From Chlorokybus atmophyticus (lineage: Eukaryota; Plantae; Mesostigma and Chlorokybus algae): a stretch of 64,000 nt of DNA. The first letter of the stretch is position 1, and every line of letters begins with the position of its first letter. Shown piece by piece: positions 48,830 to 58,815 of the stretch. The notes beneath the pieces were generated by a model. That model had not been told where the DNA came from and made no database searches. It saw only the letters and a program-made list of their open reading frames with translations. A program made the translations under genes and the position numbers. The stretch covers positions 1 through 64,000 of the forward strand of contig RHPI01002910.1 of NCBI GenBank assembly GCA_009103225.1. Direction: 5' to 3'.

Positions 48830-50388
48830 CCTGTTCCATCAAAGACAACCAACAGGACAAAGCTTGGAACGGTGCTTGCAAATATGCGGCTTGCATGTAC
48901 AACCGTCAGCAAGCTCAGTTCCACAGACTCACATTTACACTAGCTTCAGCAAGCACACATGCATGACCCTTCTCGTTGAGGTACACACAGGCAGGCAGCA
49001 TGCAAAGGTAGTGCACCACTCGCATTTGTGACAAGCAAGCAAGCACCCCAAGACAACTGCAACCCTGACACTCAACTTGAGGTTGAACCCTCGTGAGTAT
49101 ATAAGAGTTGTTGTGCGTACCTTCGCATACAAGGAGGGTCTGCGAAGCTGCCGCCACTACCACTGACACTCAGCTACCAACTACCGTGTAAGTGTAACTA
49201 TGTACAGCGCCCGAACAGCAAAGGTGTGTAACGCAGCATTGCGCGAGGGCGACGTACTCATGTCGGCAACGTGCTTACCGGTAGGCATAGGGATCTCCGC
49301 CGAAACTGCGACGCCTTCCGTGCCTTAGGTACCTGCTGCAGCTTGCGAAGGCATATGGTGCCACTTTGGCATCCCTCTGGATTGCTGTACGCGGTACAGT
49401 ATAGGTACTGGTTGTGTATCACGGTACACTTGTACACCGGTGTACAAGAAAGTAAAAGCACCCAACCAAGTAAACTCATGTATTGCTTGCGAGAGTCCAC
49501 CACATCCGCCATGGTTTTGGTAACATCTCGTTAGCCAGATGCCTTGTATGTGAAGTTTTGAAGGCTGCTGCAATGAAACGCGGGGCCGATGGCGTCCTGT
49601 GCAGCTGTACAGTGAACACCTTAAGAAGGTGTCACAGTGGCAGGCGCGCGCTGCGATATTAATCAGCTGGTGCAGCCAGGAACCCATGAGCTGCGTTCAG
49701 AGTGAGATGCAACTTTGCAGCCAAGCATGTGGTAATATGCCTCGCACACCGTCACAACTGTGGCTGAACACTGGCTGAACACTTACCTACTTATTGAAAA
49801 GCCTCCTTAGGCTGAGGAAGTGGCGCTCAGAATCCATAATGTTAGCAATCGTAACCGTATCCGCATCCACGTTGCAATGCTGTAGACCAAAAGCACGAAT
49901 TGCATGCGCAAAGCCACATTGAACATCATCTCATGCATGACTGCCTATGGTTGTAGCACCCCTAGTTGCTAGTGTACAAAAGATGCAAGGTCCACCATGC
50001 CCTGGCCGTAGTAGCGAACACACGAAGGCCCTTACACGCCGCCAAGATACAGCCTACTATGTTGGGCAGTTCTTGAACTGATCACCAGAATCAAGCAAGC
50101 TCTGCAAGACCGAGGATGCAGCCAGGCTATAATGACCCGAGACCACATGCTGCACCATTGGACCGATGTGTACATATGTATGTAAAGTTTGTGGTTGCCT
50201 TCTATGGAAATCAAAGGCCAGCCCCTGTGCTTAACATTTGGTAAGGACAGTTGTGTAATCGGCGACACGACGGTGTGAGATATCATGCGCACACCCACTA
50301 CGCGCAATATGATCAATGTGCCAGCCCCGTTAAACTACTGCCTACCAGGCATTGGAAGCAATAAGTGTTGTGTTTGCCAATATGGCCT

Positions 50389-53334
50389 TTAATACAAATA
50401 TGGCACAATGCGGTACTTAACCTTACTGCAGTACTCTTGCCACAGTGTTCCGTACTTCTCTCTACACCTCAATTCGTCGCGTCTTTCGCGGTGCACCAGC
50501 AGGGTTACCAGGTAAATCGGGTAAGCATATGGCACCACAGAGCTGCGAGACAAGCGAAGTGAGAACGTACAAACACTGCTAACTTGTCCTCCAAACCAAC
50601 CGCCGATGAACTGGCATGCGGCACCACGTACCTAAAGCCGCAAGGAAGCGAGTATGACAGAGCGAGCAGGATGTCGCCAAGGTAATTGCAGTGGCGTGCG
50701 AGCCCCCTGCAAGCAGAGACATGAGAGACCAACTACTTTTCTTCACTAACAGCAGTTAAAGTACTCGAGTACTATTGCACTTGCCAAGCTGTTGCAAAAC
50801 AACATCTTGCAGAGCTGCGTTGGCAACAAGCCAGAACAGCCAACTGCATTAACTCGATGGAAATAGAAGGGCACTTGTACAACAAGTAGCTTACCAGTAG
50901 CCTGACACGAGCAGCCTGCCCCCAACAGTCCTCGCGGGTCGGCCCCATATCAGGCACTTCTTGTCCTTTTTGAACGCATGCTTCTGCATGTTGGCGCCTC
51001 TAAACACAGCATACCTGCATAACACAACAGGACACCTCACTAAGGTTCACACATGATTGACACATACAACGATTTTGTACCATCCCACTTGAAGAGAGAC
51101 GCTATTGACTGGAAATAGGTGCAACCACTGGCAATTACCCGGTGATGAACAGCGTAGCCAGCGCAAACGCCGCCAACCTTGACACCTCCACTTGTGGGTG
51201 ATGCAGCACCCACCACGCCTGATTGCATTCCATGCGACCAAAGTTAGCACGGCTATACAGCACTGCTTGCATTGGACGAGCTGAACTGTGACTGAACTAG
51301 CGTATCTATGCGAATGCGTGTCCGCGTGCACGCACATGTGTGTGGACGATTTGCACTTACACCTACCTGTATGGAGAAGACGAAAGGAATGAAGACATAA
51401 TAGCCAAACGCAAGCATGTACCCGTAGTGCTCCGCAATGATATCCCACCTGATGGAAGCACAGGACATCCAATCAGCTCCACGCAGAGAAAACATGCACA
51501 CTTGTACCAAAAAAGCACAGCCAACACTCACGTGGAAGTCATGTACTCCTCAAACCAAAAGTAGTCCAATATGTACCACTGCAAAAAGGGATTGTTAAAC
51601 TATGCACACAGAGATGCAGCACCATCACTGCCCAACAAAAGGCATCAGCGCAACAGCATCTTCATCGCACCCCTGTGAAGAGTTGGTAAAGCACCATAGA
51701 TGTGGTTATGTATCCGTACTGCGCGTGCTGCTTCGCCGCCACCGACAAGTTCATTAGCAGCCAACCCATCATTGACGGCCGGATCCCGCTCCATCTGTGG
51801 GTTGAGCATGAGCCAATGAGACCTGAGAGCTATGTGTGAACGTTTGTGGACACGCGCGTGTGCAATTGCGTGCGCGAGAGCGGTACTCAATAGCATGCAA
51901 CCAGCGTCCACGCACTTGATGTCAATGCCGAGGAAGTGCGGGTTCAGCTGCACGCCAATCACCCTGAGCAGCAACAGGATAAGAAAGACACACCACCTAA
52001 TGATGCAGTTGCTTGGCAATGGCAACTGCCGAAATGCGCAATGCACTACTCATGTGTTTGCGAGCAACAGTGTATGTGCACCAGTCCATGATGGGGTTGC
52101 CGGACAGGTGGGGTTTGAAGGACTCTTCTTTGCTTCTAGACTGTCGACCGCCAATGTACAACAGCGTCGCCAGCTGTGCAAGTACGTGCATCATAGTCAT
52201 CACTTGCAGTAGCATGCAACATTTGACTTCCCTCAACCATAACAGTGCATCGTTGCCACTCACCAAAAGGGTCCATAAATTGACCACAGCAAAGAGCTCG
52301 CCAGAACGGTCAGCGATGATCTGCGCACCCGACAGCAGAAGCATGACAATGTGCATGCACGGCGAGTACACATGCCATGTGTTGTCAACGCAAGGCGACG
52401 ATGACATGTCATGTGATCGCACCGTAGGCTTTATGAGCCCCATATGACTCGCGCCCGCGCTGACACCCAGCACAACCAGCAGCAGACTGAACCCTGTGGG
52501 AGCAAGGTTTGCTTTCCAGCATGCAAGCAAGAACAGCTGAAACTTCATGAGAATTAGTATTGCACCGACCGTTGCACTTATAGCGCAGATGGGTCCCGTC
52601 TGCAAGCTGCGTGCCTGCGATGCGCCTGCCGGGCACCACCGCAGACGCCAGCACCAGGAAAGCAAGGTAGCCTGCAAGCATCCCCGCCTGCATTTGCGCA
52701 TGGTTGAGGTTGTGACATTCCCACATACTGCTCTCGTGTTCTGTGCGTGAACGCGCTGATAGGATCATAAGCGTGTGCAAACACATGCTGCTACGAGCGG
52801 GTGTGCGTGTCACTGTGCCGTAGTAAACAGCAGCAGCATCGGTCACAGCTATCCGACTTGCGTGCGCATGCCTGTCTGTTGCTATGTGAAGTGCTGGGCG
52901 TGTGAATTTACAACTAAAACAATGGTTGTCACAGGGCTGCGCATGTTCGATATGTATGTGCAGCTGCTGCAAATGAGACGTTCTTACAATTTTGAAGAGT
53001 TTCAGATTCAACGCAAAGAAGATTCCAGGTTTGGCAACTCGAGCTGCTCAAGCATGCCAACCCACCCGGCAACAAACCGGCAACAAAGAAGCAAACAGCA
53101 GCTAGCTTAACTTGCTGCTGTTTGCTTTTCTTTGATGCCAATTCAACACCAACACGAGCAACACACATGACACAAAGCATGTGCCAGGGACAACAGGCAA
53201 ACCAAGACCAGGCAAGTCAAGCAGCTGCACCGCATTGCACTCACCGCCTCAAGCGTTGGTCTCCCCGCCACAGGACACCGGCTCTCCTCCACCCACCAGC
53301 CCAACCACTCTGCCGAGCCCATCGTCCTCCACAT
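50389..53334 (-). CDS. ERG24: Delta14-sterol reductase (FACKEL/HYD2, ERG4/ERG24 family)
   Basis: LRYKCNG, MMGWLLMNLS, EYMTSTWDIIAE, VFRGANMQK, LLVSGYWGLARHCNYLGD and HRERRDELRCREKYG.LWQEYC...YRIVPYLY*. The start is either 53334 or 53322. Confidence 0.93.
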
Positions 53335-53550
53335 CCTCCTCCTCCTCCTTCTTCAGCACTCACTCGCCGCCCACGCCGCCGCCTCCACCGACACGCCCGG
53401 CCGCACTACAATGGCCACTGCGCCAGCCACGACTTCACAATTGCGGCGGTGGTAACGGCGGCGGTGGTTGAGGACGAGAAGGAGGAGGACAAGGGCGTGG
53501 ACGAGGACGGGGAGGAGGACGGCGAGGAGCAGCGCGAGGAGATAGACAAG

Positions 53551-56213
53551 ATGGGGTTGGGGGTGGCGGTAGGGTCGGCGGTGGCGTTGACGGCGAGGAG
53601 GGTGGTGGCGCTGGACGCCAGCGGGTGGGGCAGGGGAGCTTTAGCTTGCAATTGGCGACGACGGCGACCTCAACCTCACTGTCGACCTTACGGCCATCGC
53701 CTACGCTGCAATGCCGCTGCCGCTGTCGCCGACGCCGGCGAAGTCCCAAACCTGGATGTCAATGGTAGGCATATGTGCCAACTTACTTCCTGGCTGGTTC
53801 AGTTGCTTGATTGTCAATTGTGTTCTGTGTTCCATTCGCTCAGCTGTGATTGCAAGTTGTGATTTCAATTGGTGATTTTGATAGCAGGCAAGGTAGTACA
53901 TTGGTGTGACACGAAGAAAACAGATTGAATTGATTGAAACTTACGAACAAGTCGCCAAGTGTGCGTGTGTTATCAAGTCAAGTATGCTGTCCTTATTGCT
54001 TTTCCAGCTGAGCAACGCAAGTCAAGTGCTGGCTGCTATGTGATACCGCTAATTGCTTTCCCATGTGCATCTAGCTTGAGTTAGAAGCGCACTTCTTGTG
54101 AGAAGATGAAACAAGTGTACCTATAGGCATGTAACTGCAAACCGGCAGTGGTGACTGTTGACGTTGCTGTACAGTTTTACTCTTGTGGTGCATAGCACAT
54201 CACATGCATGCAATGCGCTTCACAAACCACCACTTTGCTTTGATTGCACTGGACTGTGCAATGCTAAGTGAACAGCCAACAGATGGTCTAAGCTGCAGCA
54301 GTCGGTGCGAACAGCTGGAGCGCGTGGCTGTACGGAACCTGTCGTACTCTGAAATGGAGGTAGGAGTTCCAATATTTGCTCAATTGCAAGTAAAGGGTGT
54401 CAGCCACAGCACAGAAGAGAAGCATCAGGATGGTTGTGATTCTCGTGTTTTCTGTAACCATCAGTCATGGATGGCGTCTATTGACGAGAGGCCTCAGCGT
54501 GCACGCCAGCTGTGGTCGTGGCTCTATCAGGACGGCAAGTGGGCCGCTGACGCCCGGGATTTGATAGGTATTGATGTGATTTGCAACGCTGCGTGCATAC
54601 ATGTGTATGTGTGCGTCATGCACTATATCATGCCTCCCGTGCGCAGGCGTCAATGCGCGATTTCGGGAGAAGCTTTCCAATTTGGCTTCTTTTCAACAGC
54701 TGGAGCTCGATAAAGTCTGGACAGCCAGAGATGGCACCAGGAAGGTTAGCTAAACAGCAACAGTCATTCATCTCTGCTGTTCCTTACAGTCCAGGTTGGC
54801 TTTCGTGCGTGCATTACAGTCATGCAGCAGTGTCAAGATCCTGTTATTGTTAAGTTAACGTACACAAACACCTTTGCGCTGCAGATGACCTTCCGAACAA
54901 GCAGTGGTGGCCTGGTGGAGTCTGTGCTAATACCCGCGGAGTCCGGCCGACGCACGCTCTGCGTCTCAAGCCAGGTCCGCAGGCATAAATCATAAGTGGG
55001 TCGTGTGCCTTCGCCGTGAAATACATCTTTGTCTCATGCGGGTTGGTCTGTCTCCAAAAAACAGTGACAACAGCAATTTTGTCATCAGGTGGGGTGCGCG
55101 CTCAACTGCCAATTCTGCTTCACGGGCAGGATGGGTTTTAAGCAGCACCTATCCGCGGCACAGATTGTCGAGCAGCTTGTCGTGGCGCGCAGGCTCTACT
55201 CTCATGAAGGCCCGATCACGGTACGAGTGAGCTGAGGGAGTCTTTCACATCATGTTCAATTGGTGATTGCACTTAAGACATGTGTGTTGGAGGACAGAAT
55301 GTGGTCTTTATGGGCATGGGCGAGCCGCTCCACAACCTCACGAATGTGCTCAAGGCCGTCGACATCATGGTGGACCTGCACGGCCTTCACCTCTCGCACA
55401 ACAAAGTAGGACACGCTCAATTTATGGTTTCATCATGTTATGGTTTCATTTGCGTGCGCATGGAACAGACATCAATCAGCGTGTGCATGCATCTACCAGG
55501 TGACAGTTTCCACAAGCGGTCTAGTCCCGGAGATTCGAACTTTCTGCCAGCAGAGCAAAGCCAACCTGGCCGTGAGCCTCAACGCCACCACGGATGAGAT
55601 TCGCAGCTGGATTATGCCCATCAACCGCAAGTACAATCTGGCCAGCCTCATGCAGGTTAGCACTTCGGCTGTCTTGTGACCTTCACAAATTCAATTCGTA
55701 CGCATAGCAACAACAGCCATCTGACAACAGACTGCATGCAAAGCAACTGTTCTGAGTGGTGCGCCGCACATTCGTGCACACGAGCTGCGCGTGTGTGTGT
55801 GTGTTTGCAGCCTTGAGGCAACATCCGTTCTGCAGGTGTTGCGCGAGGAGTTCCCGCGGAGTTCAGGGCAGCGCGAGGTGCTGTTTGAGTACGTGATGCT
55901 GGCGGGCGTCAACGACAGCGAGGAGGATGCGGCACGGGCTTTGGAGCTTACACGGGGGGTTCCGTGCAAGTTCAACCTCATCGTGTTCAATCCGCACTCG
56001 GGGACCGAGTTCGCGCCCTCCCCGTATGACCGCGTCCTCCGCTTCCGGGACATCCTCGCCGATAACGGCCTTGTCACTACCATCCGACACAGCAAAGGCG
56101 ACGATCAGATGGCCGCCTGCGGGCAGCTCGGCCAGCTCGGGTCCGGCGCGAGCACGCCGCCCCCGCGCATGAAACCACCCAAGTCCATGCGCGATGCCAC
56201 AGCTCTGTGCTGA
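53551..56213 (+). CDS. RlmN: RlmN-family radical-SAM RNA methyltransferase, probably organelle-targeted
   Basis: TLCVSSQVGCALNCQFC (CxxxCxxC), NVVFMGMGEP, VTVSTSG, LAVSLNA, FEYVMLAGVND and AACGQL. The Ala/Arg-rich N-terminus resembles a transit peptide. The start is inferred. Confidence 0.92.
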
Positions 56214-58065
56214 GGGTTGTTGGCTAAATGGGAAAGCGTGCATGTGTCGTTACAGGGGAGCATTCGCATGCGGGAGCCATTACTAGTGGTGGATTGCACA
56301 ATTTGGGGATCTCACTTGTCAATCAAGATTGTCCCACTGAAGTTCTGCCTTTGATCTGGTTTATAGAACCAACCCAGGGCACATAAAGAATATTCCCTGT
56401 GTGTGCCCTTGGTGGGTTACGGAGTGTATCTCAACACCTTCTTTAAAAAAAAAAGATTGGTGAAGTGTTCGCTGACATACAAGCAAAACTTGGTGAGCAT
56501 GCAGTTGTTATGGAGTGACGTCAAACAAGCATTGCTGTGTACTTCGGCGAAACTTGATGCGCACACAGTGTGCATCAAGCGTACTAGCCGACTGCATGTC
56601 GTGATGGGACTTCTGGCAGTACCGCACTTGCATATCAATGTTAAACGATGTTCAATGGACATGCAAGCGTCTCGCTTGGGCATCCCTTGCGAGGTCCAAT
56701 TGCAATCGAAGACTCGCCAGGAATGTAGAACTTGGTGAAGCAACACATTATCCCAAATTGCTAGTTAGATCCAGAGCTCCATTGGTTTGGGCTGTAGAGG
56801 ATAATTGGAGAGAAACCACAATACAAGCCGACGCAATGCAAGTAGATACCAACAAGCAACCACATACATGCTGGTTGTGCAGGTAATTGGCAGATACTAT
56901 GCATGCTTGCATGTCCAACGGGGTGGTGGTGTCAGTTGCGTTGGTCGTGAAGGTAGAACATGTTAGCCCGGTGGTAAATTCGTGAACAACAATGACTGCC
57001 TGCATGCTGAATGTCACCTACACTTGCATGTTCTTTGCACGAGCACACAAACGCCACATTGTATGTACAACATAATTCCACCACTCCAATTGCAAAGCAC
57101 AACTCCACAGGGGGCTGCTTGCTGTGTGCAGCTATGTGCGAGCAAAACAGCGTCGACTGAGACCAGCAGCAGGCAGAGAGCAGCGCCTGCTGTGCCTGCA
57201 TGCGACATTGTTGAAGAAGCCGCTGGGTGGCACACATACTGCACAAGCTGACTCACCTGCAGCTCTCTTGAGGTAATAAATGTGCATGCCGGCGTTCGCC
57301 TGGAGTCCCATTAGTTAAACCCTCCGGCAGAATTCCTATGGGGTACAACACACACTGGTGACACGTTGCCCTACTGAAGGTGACGTGACACCCGCACGTT
57401 GTCTTTGCACGCGGTATTGCTATTTTAGACGGTAAGTGGTACTACCTACGTGATTGTGCTACAAGGTAGTCCTAGTACTTATGACTTGCGGTTTTTCTTG
57501 ATACTTAAAGTGACGGACCTGCACAGAGGGAACGGACTTCTGTCAGCCGCTTCGCTTGCCTGAAGGATAGTTGATAATGCAAGGTCAGACAAGGCCTCTG
57601 TTTGACTTGGCTTAGGTTGTAACAGCAGGTCTAGGCCCCGTTACAGCCAGAGGAGCCGCTGTGCAGTAGGCAGTAGCAGGCTGTGGTAGGCTGTGTACAA
57701 GCGTACAGTGTGCTGCAATTTTGAGTGCGACATGATTGGCAACTTCGGGGTACAGTCTACCCTTGATGTAGAGACGGACTGTCACCAGGCCAAAAGCACA
57801 GTTGTACTGCATTATCAACAAGGACATGGATAATGCAGCAAAGCACAGTGCAGCAGAACCCGCTGCAACTACACATGAGAGGTTCTACCACGTCTAGCTC
57901 TTGTAGAAACCGCCGATGCAGCCTTCAAACGCGCAACCCGAGCCCGCGCACCGCACGTGACGGGCATAGCCTGTCGGTGCTGTCAAAGCATGCGAGTTTA
58001 TGTTGAGGTGCTCGATAGCATAATACAACTTGGAGTACAGCAAGTGAAAGCAAACTTGTACTTAC

Positions 58066-58462
58066 ACATGGCGCGTGCATGCCACGCAATGCGATGTGCC
58101 TCATCCGAATCAAGCTGATGGAGGAATTCCTTATCATTGGTGTTAATTGGTGTTGACATGTATGCGGGTGTCGGGCACAAGTACCTTGCGTACCCAGACG
58201 AGGACCTCACCTGCAAATGGTTATCTAAATTGAGACAATAGACTACCTAAAACAACAACAATCTTGAAGACTTACCAACTTTCAGTACAGTGTTATGCAC
58301 TCTGCACTCTTCTTCCTCAGATAGCGACTTCACCTCCACAGTGCCTTCGGCTATAGGCACGTTGCTCTTGGAGCTCCACAGCAGGACTGCATCTTCGTCT
58401 TTGAACTGAAAAAAGCCTTGAACTTCGTCCTCCGGTGAGGGGCTCTCTTCGTTGCGAGCCAC
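58066..58462 (-). pseudogene. CACTA-associated Tnp1/TnpA-like domain remnant (two exons)
   Basis: Spliced frame LLWSSKSNVPIAEGTVEV...VHNTVLKVG|EVLVWVRKVLVPDT...EFLHQLDS...IAW resembles the plant En/Spm Tnp1-like domain. A 10-bp duplication at 58136-58154 breaks the frame. Confidence 0.55.
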
Positions 58463-58815
58463 AAGTTGCTGAGACGCCTGTGCACATTCATAAATGTTGT
58501 GTTGTGGTCATGCAAGACAGATGTGTTGATAGATGTGCTCTTACCTTCTTTTGAGCTTGACGTGCCTACATGCAGGTAGGAGACACCTAAGGGTTGACCA
58601 TTATTAATCAGCAGCACAGCTTGCAGCGTTAGCAGCAGCGTTATTTACCTTGTATGTTGTCGACAAGTATGTGAAACTCCACTACTCCAGTGGCCACCTA
58701 GTGTTGCTCCTGGACCGCAGCTTGGTCCTTGTAGAGAGGAAACCGTGAAGTGAGCCGTGGTCTGGTCAGTAGTAGATGCGACCACCTGTGCGCGCCAGCG
58801 GCGTTCCGCTGGTTT

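Noticed and set aside
53122-53862. 246-aa ORF with an acidic stretch
   Set aside because: Runs across the ERG24 first exon and intron and the GA-rich intergenic region. Only the part from 53551 fits the RlmN model.
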